The notes under the pieces are model-generated. The model ran no database searches and was not told the DNA's origin. It worked only from the letters and a program-made list of their open reading frames with translations. This document shows, piece by piece, positions 20,339 through 29,950 of a DNA stretch of 64,000 nt. The translations under genes were made by a program, and so were the position numbers. Numbering within the stretch: the stretch's first letter is position 1; every line of letters starts with the position of its first letter. The stretch comes from an uncultured bacterium (GTDB lineage: Bacteria > Actinomycetota > Acidimicrobiia > Spongiisociales > UBA5794): NCBI GenBank assembly GCA_963801165.1, contig CAWDDT010000013.1, positions 128,001 to 192,000 on the forward strand. Direction: 5' to 3'.

Positions 20339-22858
20339 TCAGGCGAGCCTGGTCACGACCGCAAACGGGCCTTCGGAATACGACAGACCCTCGGCCACCG
20401 CCGCCGCTTTCAGATCGTGTTCACCCGCCTGGATGAGCGACCGATCCCCGCCGCCGGCCGTTATCGCCAATGACGCCACCTCGCTGCGCATCGATGCCTT
20501 CGCCTCGGATTTGGCCCTCCTTACCGCGGTGAGCACACGAGAAACGACCTCGACTACGGCTGGATCTCCAACCAATCCATCAAGCTCGGCCGGCGACGGC
20601 CATGGGCTGCGGTGCACCGAGCCGGCCTGCCACCAGCTCCACACCTCCTCGCTGACAAACGGCAGGAACGGCGCAAACAGCCGTAAATACACGCTGAGCG
20701 CAAGCTGCAGGGTGGCGTGGGCGGATCGGGCCCCCGCTCCCTCGCCGTAGGCCCGGCTCTTGACCAGCTCCAAATAGTCGTCGGTCCAGAACCAGAACGA
20801 CCTTTCGGCCACATCCAGGGCCCGGGCATAGTCGTATTCCTCGAACCCGTCCGTTGCCTGCCGGATCGTCTCGGCGAGATGGGCCAGTAGCGATCTGTCC
20901 AACGGCTCGGTGATATCGGCCGGTTCAACCGCATCTGAGAAACGCAGGACGAAACGGGAGGCGTTGAGGATCTTGATGGCCAGACGTCGCCCGATCTTCA
21001 TCACGCCGAAGTCCAGGGCCGTGTCGACGCCGGGACGACCATTACACGCCCAGTAGCGGATGGCCTCGGCGCCGTGCTCCTCGATCAGCGGGAGCGGCGT
21101 CACAACATTGTCCTTCGACTTCGACATCTTCTTGCGATCGGGGTCGAGGATCCACCCGTTGATGGTGGCGGTGTGCCACGGCAGCACGCCGTGCTCCTGA
21201 TGCGCCCTGGTGACGGTGGCGAACAGCCAGGTCCTGATTATCTCAGGCCCCTGCGGGCGCAAGTCCATCGGGAAGACTCTCGCCCACAGGTCCGCATCGT
21301 CGTCCCAGTGCCCGGCGACTTGCGGGGTCAGCGACGAAGTAGCCCAGGTGTCCATCACATCGGGATCGGCGATGAAACCGCCGGCTTCGCTGCGCTGTGA
21401 CTCTTCGTACCCGGGTGGGGCGTCGGTGGTCGGATCAACCGGCAGTTGATCGTCGCCCGGGATAAGCGGCCGGTCGTAGTCGATGACCCCATCGGCTCCG
21501 ATCGGGTACCACAGCGGCATAGGCACCCCGAAGAATCGTTGCCGGGAGATCAGCCAGTCGCTGTTGAGGCCCTCCACCCAATGGCGGTAGCGGACGCCCA
21601 TGAACTCGGGCACCCAGCGCAGCTCTTCCCCTCTCTCGAGCAGCTCTTGCCGTAGGTCGAGATCGAGGCCGCCATTGCGTATGTACCACTGTCGACTGGA
21701 GACGATCTCGAGGGGACGTTTCCCTTTCTCGTAGTACTTGACCGCGTGGACGATGGAACGAGGCTCGCCTTCCATGTCCCCCGCTGCGGCCAGCATTTCG
21801 GCGATCGCCCGGCGCGCCTGCTTGGGGTACAAGCCCGCGATCTGCTCATACGCTGCGGTGCCGGACTCAGCAATCCACCCGGGAGTCTCGGTCTGGAACC
21901 GTCCATCGCGCTGGATGACGGTACGGGTCGGCAACTGCAGCTCGCGCCACCACACCACGTCTGTCGTGTCACCGAAGGTACAGATCATGGCGATGCCCGT
22001 GCCCTTTTCCGGCTCGGCCAGTTCGTGGGCGACGACGGGGACTTCGATACCGAAAAGCGGTGTCGTTGCCCCGGTCCCGAACAACGGCCGGTAACGCTCG
22101 TCGCCGGGGTGGGCGACGAGAGCGACACATGAGCAGAGCAGCTCGGGTCGGGTGGTGTCGACATACACGTAGGTGCCGTCGTCGAGCCCAAACCGCACCT
22201 TGTGATAACTCCCGCGATCCTCCCGATCCTCGAGCTCCGCCTGGGCGACCGCCGTGCGGAAGTCGACATCCCACAACACCGGAGCCTCACGGGCGTACGC
22301 CTCGCCGCGCTCCAGGTTGCGCAGGAAAGCCCTCTGCGAGGTGCGTCTGCTGCGGTCGTCGATGGTTGCGTAGGTCTGGGTCCAGTCGACGGAGAGCCCG
22401 AGGACACGCCAGAGATGCTCGAAGACCTGCTCGTCTTCGGTGGTGAGCAGGTGGCACAGCTCGATGAAGTTGCGGCGGCTGATATGGCGGGGAGGCTCGA
22501 ATGCCTTCTCGGGCGGCCCGAAATCGGGGTCGTACCGCAGCGAAGGGTCGCAGAGGACCCCGTAAAAGTTCTGGACGCGACGCTCGGTGGGGAGACCGTT
22601 GTCGTCCCAGCCCATCGGATAGAACACCTCTTTTCCCGCCATCCTCCTGTAGCGGGCGTGCGCATCGGTTTGCACATACCCGAACACTGAGCCCATGTGG
22701 AGCGAGCCCGACACTGTCGGCGGCGGGGTGTCGATCGAATAGATCTCGGGACGGCTCCTGGAGCGATCGAAGCGGTAGGTGCCGTCGCGGTCCCAGACCT
22801 CGTCCCACTTCTGCTCGAGGCCTTCGAGGCTCGGTTTCTCGGGGATCTTCCATGCCAT
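20339..22858 (-). CDS. valS: Second valine--tRNA ligase, actinobacterial/archaeal-like type
   Basis: YSIDTPPPTVSGSLHMGS, YPMGWDDNGLPTERRVQN, DWLISRQRFFGVP, DTWATSSLTP, KMSKSK; lacks the C-terminal coiled coil. Confidence 0.92.
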   Translation of the reverse strand: MAWKIPEKPSLEGLEQKWDEVWDRDGTYRFDRSRSRPEIYSIDTPPPTVSGSLHMGSVFGYVQTDAHARYRRMAGKEVFYPMGWDDNGLPTERRVQNFYGVLCDPSLRYDPDFGPPEKAFEPPRHISRRNFIELCHLLTTEDEQVFEHLWRVLGLSVDWTQTYATIDDRSRRTSQRAFLRNLERGEAYAREAPVLWDVDFRTAVAQAELEDREDRGSYHKVRFGLDDGTYVYVDTTRPELLCSCVALVAHPGDERYRPLFGTGATTPLFGIEVPVVAHELAEPEKGTGIAMICTFGDTTDVVWWRELQLPTRTVIQRDGRFQTETPGWIAESGTAAYEQIAGLYPKQARRAIAEMLAAAGDMEGEPRSIVHAVKYYEKGKRPLEIVSSRQWYIRNGGLDLDLRQELLERGEELRWVPEFMGVRYRHWVEGLNSDWLISRQRFFGVPMPLWYPIGADGVIDYDRPLIPGDDQLPVDPTTDAPPGYEESQRSEAGGFIADPDVMDTWATSSLTPQVAGHWDDDADLWARVFPMDLRPQGPEIIRTWLFATVTRAHQEHGVLPWHTATINGWILDPDRKKMSKSKDNVVTPLPLIEEHGAEAIRYWACNGRPGVDTALDFGVMKIGRRLAIKILNASRFVLRFSDAVEPADITEPLDRSLLAHLAETIRQATDGFEEYDYARALDVAERSFWFWTDDYLELVKSRAYGEGAGARSAHATLQLALSVYLRLFAPFLPFVSEEVWSWWQAGSVHRSPWPSPAELDGLVGDPAVVEVVSRVLTAVRRAKSEAKASMRSEVASLAITAGGGDRSLIQAGEHDLKAAAVAEGLSYSEGPFAVVTRLA

Positions 22859-22929
22859 GGGAAGCGAGTTTATAGAAGCCGGACCAGGGAGCGAACAACG
22901 GAATGCATCGCGCTCATAGACTCGGTCTC

Positions 22930-24093
22930 ATGGACACCCTTTATCGGAATGCTGCACTAGCCGATGGCACCGGGCCGGAAATCGTCCTCGACCAGTCGAT
23001 CCTGGTCCGGGGCAATCGGATCGCGTGGATCGGCCATGATGACGAAGCCGGGGCACCGACCGGGTCGACCCGGGTGATCGACGTTGGCGGGGCCACCGTG
23101 GTGCCGGGGATGGTCGACGCACACAGCCACACGGTCTTACCCGGCGGGTCTCACTGGATCGCCCGTATCGACGACTCCACCGATGAGTTGCTTGCGGTCG
23201 CCGAGCACAACGGGGACATCGCCCGGCGGGCAGGCACCCGCTGGTTTCGCGACGTCGGGTCACCGCCTCGCGACGGAGCGGCGCTCGCCCTGCGGGTCCG
23301 GGATGCGTGGGAAGTTCGCCAGGATCGGCCGTACGTTCGAGCCGCCGGCACCTGGATCTCCAAGGCCGGCTTGCTGCCCTCCAGCATCGACGCTGAGGCG
23401 GCGGACGCCGACGAGTTGGTGGCAGCGGTTCACCAACAAGCCGCCGACGGAGCAGACCTCATCAAGCTCTATCTGGACGGCCCGGACCGAGACACCTCAC
23501 CCTGGACCGCCACCGAGGTGGCGCGTGCCGTCGCAGCCGCCGATGAGCATGGGCTCGAGGTGACTGCCCACGCCACCGTGTTGCCGGGCGCCCGGGCCGG
23601 GGTAGCGGGCGGGGTGGCTTGCATCGAGCACGGCACTACCCTCGACGCCGACCTCACCGCCGAGATGGCACGGCGCGGTACCTACCTCGTACCCACTCTC
23701 GGAGTCGTGGCCTCGTGGATGACGTTCTCCTCCACCACCACGATTGACCGATTCGCCTCGGTCGAGGGGCGAGCCACCCTGACGGAGAGGAAAGAACGGG
23801 CGTTTCACAGTGTCGGTCTGGCGTCGGCAGCCGGGGTGACGATGGCGGCGGGAACCGACTTCGGAGGAGGTTCGCTGCGGGCCAACCATCTGGCCTGGGA
23901 GGTCGAGTGCCTCGTCGCCGCCGGTTTGGAGCCGTGGCGGGCGCTGGCCGCGGCCACCTGGGTCGGTGGCGAGCTGCTCGGTGAGCCGACCGCAGGACGG
24001 ATCACCGTCGGCGGACCTGCGGATTTCTTCCTCGTTCACGGCAACCCCCTCGAGGAACCCGCTGCCCTATGGCGGGTCTGGCGCGTCGTCTAG
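22930..24093 (+). CDS. Metal-dependent amidohydrolase
   Basis: PGMVDAHSH, IKLY, TAHA, IEHG, AGTD motifs. Confidence 0.87.
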   Translation: MDTLYRNAALADGTGPEIVLDQSILVRGNRIAWIGHDDEAGAPTGSTRVIDVGGATVVPGMVDAHSHTVLPGGSHWIARIDDSTDELLAVAEHNGDIARRAGTRWFRDVGSPPRDGAALALRVRDAWEVRQDRPYVRAAGTWISKAGLLPSSIDAEAADADELVAAVHQQAADGADLIKLYLDGPDRDTSPWTATEVARAVAAADEHGLEVTAHATVLPGARAGVAGGVACIEHGTTLDADLTAEMARRGTYLVPTLGVVASWMTFSSTTTIDRFASVEGRATLTERKERAFHSVGLASAAGVTMAAGTDFGGGSLRANHLAWEVECLVAAGLEPWRALAAATWVGGELLGEPTAGRITVGGPADFFLVHGNPLEEPAALWRVWRVV

Positions 24094-24155
24094 GACCGAC
24101 GGTCGAACGGGCTTGACGATCGATCGGGCTTGACGATGCATTCACCGACCGGACA

Positions 24156-24911
24156 ATGGGGCAGATGAGCAAGATCGACGACTACCGGGCAACCCTGCGC
24201 TCGCTGACCACCTGGGACGACTACCTGCGGGAGCATTCGGGTCTCCCCGGCCCGCGCGGGAACATCGAGCTGGCCCGGGCGGTGGCTGAGGAGGGCGATC
24301 GGGCTCTGTTCGACCGCTTCACCGCGCTGACCGCCGCGGTCGCCCCGGTCAACGCCCCCGATGAGTTTCTCGCCTTCTGTGGCGTCGTCGGGCGGGGCAG
24401 GCTGCTCGCCGACGGCGATCCCGGGGTCGCGGCGGTGCTTCGCGACCACGCGGTTGATGTGCGCTGGCGGATACGCGAAGCGGTCGCGATGGCGTTGCAG
24501 CGTCTCGGTGACGTCGACATGAAGCGGATGATCGCCGTGGTCAGAGATTGGGCGGCCGGATCGCCTCTAGAGCAGCGGGCAGCCGCGGCCGCGGTCTGTG
24601 AACCGCGGCTATTGCGGGACAGAGGTGATGCACGGGATGTCCTCGATCTGCTCGACACGATCACGGCAAGCGTCCCGGCGCGGACTGATCGGCGTGATGA
24701 CGGGTTCATCGCTCTCCGCAAAGGTCTCGGATATTGCTGGAGTGTCGCCGTCGCGGCCCTGCCCGATGAGGGGAAGCCGCTGCTGGAGAAGTGGCTGGGC
24801 TCGACCGATCCGGACATCCGGTGGATCATGCGCGAGAACCTGAAGAAGAAGCGTCTCGAGAGGGCGGACCCGGGTTGGGTGGCGCTGTGGCGCAGCCGGA
24901 TCAGTCGATAA
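24156..24911 (+). CDS. HEAT-repeat-like hypothetical protein
   Basis: SGLPGPRGNIELA, RWRIREAVAMALQ, LGYCWSVAVAA, IMRENLKKKRL; alpha-helical repeat pattern. Confidence 0.7.
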   Translation: MGQMSKIDDYRATLRSLTTWDDYLREHSGLPGPRGNIELARAVAEEGDRALFDRFTALTAAVAPVNAPDEFLAFCGVVGRGRLLADGDPGVAAVLRDHAVDVRWRIREAVAMALQRLGDVDMKRMIAVVRDWAAGSPLEQRAAAAAVCEPRLLRDRGDARDVLDLLDTITASVPARTDRRDDGFIALRKGLGYCWSVAVAALPDEGKPLLEKWLGSTDPDIRWIMRENLKKKRLERADPGWVALWRSRISR

Positions 24912-27744
24912 GTCTGTGTCGCAACAGCTTCTTGGAGAGCATTTCGGCGGCACCGCTTGCGTCGGTCAGCCATTTGCTCTGGTAGGTGTCCACCATCACC
25001 CACCCGGCACGACGCAGAGCGAGATGCTGTTCGATATGCGTCTCGGCGCCGTCGGGATGCACCGTGGTCTCCACGCCTATGGCGCCGTCGCCCTCCCCTA
25101 TTGACAGATCGACCTTCCACCCGGCAACCGGGTAGGAGGGAACGACGGCTACCCCGAAGTTCTCCAGCTCGCCCGCCAGCTCCCCGGTCCAGCCGTCGCC
25201 CACGACGCCGCCGTCCTGCCCGTGCAGGGCATGGTCGGCATAGCGGAGATAGTCGGCGAGCAAGCCTGCGGGAAGCACGGATCGGTCGACCGACGTGACC
25301 ACCACCATCTCACGTTTGGCACGGGTCACCATCACGTTGAAGAGGTTGGGGTTCTGGAGAAAGTTGAGGGAGCCTCCGGAGACGTCACCGTCGATCGCCA
25401 GTGAGGCGATGATGACATCCCGTTCGTTTCCCTGGAAGGAATGCACGGTTCCTGAGCGCAGACCAAGCCGGGTGACGTCCTCCGGCCCGTATACAGCGAG
25501 GATCGCTTCTTCGATGGCGTCCGCTTGTGCCCGGAACGGGCTGATGACCCCGATCGAGGTGGCCCCGGCGGCGGCGTACGTCTCGATCTGCCTCATCGTC
25601 TCGTCGATTTCGGCCCGGTTCACGCCCTGCTCGTCTCTGGTGCCTGCTACCAGGATCGTGGCAATGGCGTCGCGTGCCTCGTTGCGGGGATGCTGGGTCA
25701 TGAGACGAAGGTTGCCACCGTAGAAGGTGCGGTCGGAGAACTCGATGATGTGGGGGACGGACCGGAAATGCTCATCGAGCCAGGTGATACGGGCGGCAGC
25801 GGCTCCGACATCGAACAAGCTGTTGCGGCGAACGTCGAGCAGCCGAGCAACGTCGGAAGCCAGCCCGTGGCGCGCCGCGGCCTCTTCCATTGCCTCATCC
25901 GAAACGAACGAGACGTGTCGGAGCTGTCGCGGGTCGCCAACGATCAATGCCCGGCGGGCGCGGGCAAGTGCGGGAGCCGCCCTCATCTGGTCGATCTGCG
26001 ACGCCTCGTCGAAGATCACGAGGTCGAAGGCCGCAGGTACAACAGGCAGCGTGTCGTCGATCTCCTGAAGCGTGCCGATCCACAGCGGAAGCACATCGAG
26101 GAAGTCGTCGGCGGCGAGCTCGCGCAGCAGCTGGCGGCGTCTTGCTCGGCCGGCGCGGAGCGCCGAGGCCAGCGTCGCCACGGCCCGGGTCGATCTGCGC
26201 TTGCTGTTCTCGCGGGACCGACGCTGCGCCTCGACGACCCTCCCGATGGAGTCGCGGTACTCGCTCTCGGCCGCCTCGAGCTCTGCCCAGGCCGCGACGA
26301 GCGATAGTCCCCCACCGGCGAGCCCGCGTCGGACGGCCCGTTCGGCGCGGGCGGCGTCGAGACCGGCGTCGAGGTCGTCGAGGGTCGCGGTCGCGTCGGC
26401 GCGCACCAGCGTGCGCAGCTTCCTGGTTGCCCTGGACCTGGCCAACGATGCGAAGAGAGGCATACCCTGGCGGGCACGCCCCAGCAGTTTCTCCGCCCGC
26501 TCGAGGTTGAAACCTTCTTCGAGAACAGCGGGTGTCTGTGCGGCCGCGAGCAGGTTCAATTCACGGCCCCTCAGCGCCCGGCTGAACTCCTCCTCACGCC
26601 GGAGAGCCGCTGCGATTGTGTTGTGCAGCCTTCGCACCTTGTCCGCCGCACCGGCTTCGCGATGCTCGAGATCGCGAGACTCGTCCGGAGACAGCGGGCG
26701 AGCGAGACCATCGCCCAGCTCGGCGGCAACACTCTCGCGATCGTCACGGTTCCCGAAGCGCACAAAACGGGGGCCGGGATGACGCTCGATCAAGTCGGCG
26801 ATCACCGATGCCGCGTATTGGGACTGGGTCGCGATCAGGACACTGTTGCCTCTCGCGACTTGATCTATGGCGGCTGCCGCGACCAGGTGGCTCTTCCCGG
26901 TGCCCGGCGGTCCGGATACGACAGTGACTCGCTCGCCCCGGATCCGCAGAAGCCCTTCACGCTGAGTGCGGTTGAGCGGCAGCGGCGTCTTGAACCCGGT
27001 GTCTTCATCGCCACCGGTCGCGTTGCTCGTGCCGGAATAGAGAGCACCAAACGCTGATTCGGCCACCGGCTCGAACGACCAGGTGCGGAGCACCCCCGCC
27101 ATGTCGGGAGCCACGACGTCACGAATGGTGTAAATCGCGGCGCCGGCCACAACACTCAGGCCACCTTCGCCCCGCAACTCGAGCGGGTTCGTAGCGCCTC
27201 CCCGCAGCGCCGCCGCGGGCAGCCCGGCGCGATCGAGTGCTGTGCGAACCCAGCTCTCCAGCTTGGGCATCCGGGCCAAGAGACGATCATCCCGGGTATC
27301 TGATCCGCCGGCAAACGGATCGCTCGATTCCTCGAGCTCGAGACGGGCGTCCCAGTCGAACAGATCGTCGTACATCTCGACGGTGCCCTCGTGGAGAAGC
27401 TGGAATGACAGGCCGCGGTTGCCAAGCCTGACCGGCATCGACAGCAGGGGGAAGCAATACCGGGTCGACTTGCCGTTGTCGTCGACTGTTCCGGTCACGA
27501 ACAGCCAGCCCAGCCGGAGCAGACGCTCGGTTGCGTGCAGAGAGTCGACGGAAGCGAGACGACGGAGCTCGTCGCTCTTCGGGAGACTGAACGCTTCGGG
27601 AGAGCTGAGAAGTTGCGGATTGCCCCCCAGCCAGGCGAACTCCGACTTGCGACTGACCACGTCAACGGTACGCCTGCCCGCAGGAGCGAGGTCGGCGAGG
27701 TAGCTAAGGACAGTCTGGATGTCGGGTGGGCTCATCAGTGGCAA
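24901..27744 (-). CDS. Superfamily I (UPF1/DNA2-like) helicase with C-terminal restriction-endonuclease-like domain
   Basis: GPPGTGKS, DEASQ, VGDPRQL, HFRS, TVHSFQGNE, NVMVTRAK; C-terminus YPVAGWKVDL...IGVE...LRRAGW. Confidence 0.85.
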   Translation of the reverse strand: MPLMSPPDIQTVLSYLADLAPAGRRTVDVVSRKSEFAWLGGNPQLLSSPEAFSLPKSDELRRLASVDSLHATERLLRLGWLFVTGTVDDNGKSTRYCFPLLSMPVRLGNRGLSFQLLHEGTVEMYDDLFDWDARLELEESSDPFAGGSDTRDDRLLARMPKLESWVRTALDRAGLPAAALRGGATNPLELRGEGGLSVVAGAAIYTIRDVVAPDMAGVLRTWSFEPVAESAFGALYSGTSNATGGDEDTGFKTPLPLNRTQREGLLRIRGERVTVVSGPPGTGKSHLVAAAAIDQVARGNSVLIATQSQYAASVIADLIERHPGPRFVRFGNRDDRESVAAELGDGLARPLSPDESRDLEHREAGAADKVRRLHNTIAAALRREEEFSRALRGRELNLLAAAQTPAVLEEGFNLERAEKLLGRARQGMPLFASLARSRATRKLRTLVRADATATLDDLDAGLDAARAERAVRRGLAGGGLSLVAAWAELEAAESEYRDSIGRVVEAQRRSRENSKRRSTRAVATLASALRAGRARRRQLLRELAADDFLDVLPLWIGTLQEIDDTLPVVPAAFDLVIFDEASQIDQMRAAPALARARRALIVGDPRQLRHVSFVSDEAMEEAAARHGLASDVARLLDVRRNSLFDVGAAAARITWLDEHFRSVPHIIEFSDRTFYGGNLRLMTQHPRNEARDAIATILVAGTRDEQGVNRAEIDETMRQIETYAAAGATSIGVISPFRAQADAIEEAILAVYGPEDVTRLGLRSGTVHSFQGNERDVIIASLAIDGDVSGGSLNFLQNPNLFNVMVTRAKREMVVVTSVDRSVLPAGLLADYLRYADHALHGQDGGVVGDGWTGELAGELENFGVAVVPSYPVAGWKVDLSIGEGDGAIGVETTVHPDGAETHIEQHLALRRAGWVMVDTYQSKWLTDASGAAEMLSKKLLRHRLID

Positions 27745-27901
27745 CCTACTGGCTCACACCATCATCGGACCGTCCCGCGGCATTCTTCAGTCCCGATGCA
27801 TACCGGCCAGATCCCGGAGCCCTCACCGTTGTGTGGGGGCTCCTGGTCGATTTCCGACATCCAGCTCGGTCGGAACCAGCTCGGTCGGAACGCCGCGAAG
27901 G

Positions 27902-29749
27902 TCAGCTCTCGAGTGCCCGGCGCAAAAACGCCGCCATCTGCTCCCGGGTCACGTTGTCGTTGGGACAGAACATGTCGTTGGTCGGCGGATTACAACCTCT
28001 GGTTACCCCGGCAGTGCCCAACTTGTCGATGTTGTCCTCGAACACCGAACCGTCATCATCACTGAACAGATCACCGCCACCATTGTCGGTATAGCCAAGC
28101 GCCCGCACCAAGAACGCCGCCATCTGACCCCTGGTCACATAGTCGTTGGGACAGAACATGTCGTTGGTCGGCGGATCACAGCCTCTGGTTACCCCGGCAG
28201 TGCCCAACTTGTCGATGTTGTCCTCGAACACCGAACCGTCATCATCACTGAACAGATCACCGCCACCATTGTCGGTATAGCCAAGCGCCCGCACCAAGAA
28301 CGCCGCCATCTGACCCCTGGTCACATAGTCCTTGGGGCAGAACTCGTCGTTGGCGGGCGGGTTGCAGCCGAGCGTGATGGCCGCTGCAGCCAGCCAGCAG
28401 ATATCGGCTTCGAAGACGTTTGAAGAGTCGACGTCGGTAAACCCGTGTGTACATCCACCGGGCGGCGTGGTCGTCCCCTCCATGTCCACTTCGTAGACGT
28501 CGGCGTTTCCGGTGTCGTTCGAGTCGAATTCCTCGAAAGTCTGGAACGCAACGAACCGACCATCTCCCGAGATCGCCGGCTCGTTCAGGTAGCTGCCGCT
28601 GGTTGACGTACCCGGTGAACCGTCGCCGAACACCGACACCACCACGCCGGAGTCGGTCTGACGGTCGTAGACGACGACGTCGGCAAAGCCGTTAGCGTCA
28701 CCATAGATGTCCTGACCGGCAGTGAAGGTCACGTACCGGCCGTCGTCGGAGATGACCGGGAGAGGATCCTGCGAGACGGTGCCACCGCCTCCGGGGATCC
28801 GCTCGACCGTGCCGGTGGCGGCACTGTAGACGAACACATCATTGGTGTCGGCGGGATCGCCGGCGACGTAGTTGGTGTCGGGCGAGCCGAACGTCACAAA
28901 CCGACCGTCCCCTGATATGGCGAGATCCTCAGGATGGTTGCTCTGCGGACGCGCCCCGCCAATTCGCGGGTTGGCTATCTCGTAGGTGTCGCTCATCCGG
29001 TCGAAGAGAATGACGTCCTTGTACTGGCCGAACTCGCCGGTGGTGAACGCAACATACCGGCCATCGTTGGAGATGTCGGTGGAGCCGTAGGTCGAGCCCG
29101 TCGCGACAAACGCCGATCCGTCGGTGATCCTCTCAGAAGTGCCAGCGACCCGGTCGTAGACGTGCACGCCCCAGTCGTTGGCGGCCCCTGCCGCGTCGTA
29201 GCCGGAGCCGACGAACGCGACGTACATCCCGTCACCCGAGATCGCGGCATCGATTGCGCTGCCTTCGCTCGGAAGCCCGTCGTCTCGGAGCACCCGCTCG
29301 GTTGTTCCGGCGGTCCGGTCCCGGATGAAGATGTCGGGGTGCGCGTTGGTGTCACCCGCCACCAGGTTGTCCGCGGTCGAGGAGAACGCCACATACCGCC
29401 CGTCATCGGAGATGTCCAGCGTCGCGCCGCTGTCGTCGTTGCCTTTGACACCGCTCGAAGAGACGCTGACCAGCTCGATGTCACCGGTCATCACATCCTT
29501 GACGAACACGTCGTTGTCCCCTGTGTCCCCGGGAACGAGAGTGTCCTCTGATGAGCGAAACGCCACGTATCGCCCATCGTCGGACACCGCAACAGGCCCG
29601 ATGCCCCCATGACCCGTCCCATCGGCCGAGACGCTCACCCAGATGATGCTCTGGTCGGCCTCGGCCGCGGGTGCTGCCATCACTACGGCGGGTGCCGCGA
29701 CGGTTGCCACCAGCACGATGTGTACGAGGTATCCAACAACACGTTTCAT
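27902..29749 (-). CDS. Secreted TolB/PD40-type beta-propeller protein with three C-terminal SLH domains
   Basis: Signal peptide; repeated (I/V)SxDGR(Y/F)VAF blades; three xTxGCxPPxNDxFCPxDxVTRxQMAAFLxRAL modules. Confidence 0.88.
   Translation of the reverse strand: MKRVVGYLVHIVLVATVAAPAVVMAAPAAEADQSIIWVSVSADGTGHGGIGPVAVSDDGRYVAFRSSEDTLVPGDTGDNDVFVKDVMTGDIELVSVSSSGVKGNDDSGATLDISDDGRYVAFSSTADNLVAGDTNAHPDIFIRDRTAGTTERVLRDDGLPSEGSAIDAAISGDGMYVAFVGSGYDAAGAANDWGVHVYDRVAGTSERITDGSAFVATGSTYGSTDISNDGRYVAFTTGEFGQYKDVILFDRMSDTYEIANPRIGGARPQSNHPEDLAISGDGRFVTFGSPDTNYVAGDPADTNDVFVYSAATGTVERIPGGGGTVSQDPLPVISDDGRYVTFTAGQDIYGDANGFADVVVYDRQTDSGVVVSVFGDGSPGTSTSGSYLNEPAISGDGRFVAFQTFEEFDSNDTGNADVYEVDMEGTTTPPGGCTHGFTDVDSSNVFEADICWLAAAAITLGCNPPANDEFCPKDYVTRGQMAAFLVRALGYTDNGGGDLFSDDDGSVFEDNIDKLGTAGVTRGCDPPTNDMFCPNDYVTRGQMAAFLVRALGYTDNGGGDLFSDDDGSVFEDNIDKLGTAGVTRGCNPPTNDMFCPNDNVTREQMAAFLRRALES
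27959..28330. repeat. Near-identical 186-bp tandem duplication of one SLH module
   Basis: 27959-28144 and 28145-28330 differ at only about two positions. Confidence 0.9.
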
Positions 29750-29950
29750 CAGGTCCCCTTCCCGTCGTCGCCCGAATAGCAGCCGGGGCTTTCGCTACCG
29801 GCGGCCGCCCCCCTCGCTTCGGAACGTACCGGCCGGCACAGGCGCGCGGTGCGTCCCCGACTACTCAATCAACTCCCGGGACCGCTCATCCCCACGGCAA
29901 GCACTACTCATGCAATCAGACGGGCCGTTCTCTTGCCATAGGACCGAAAG

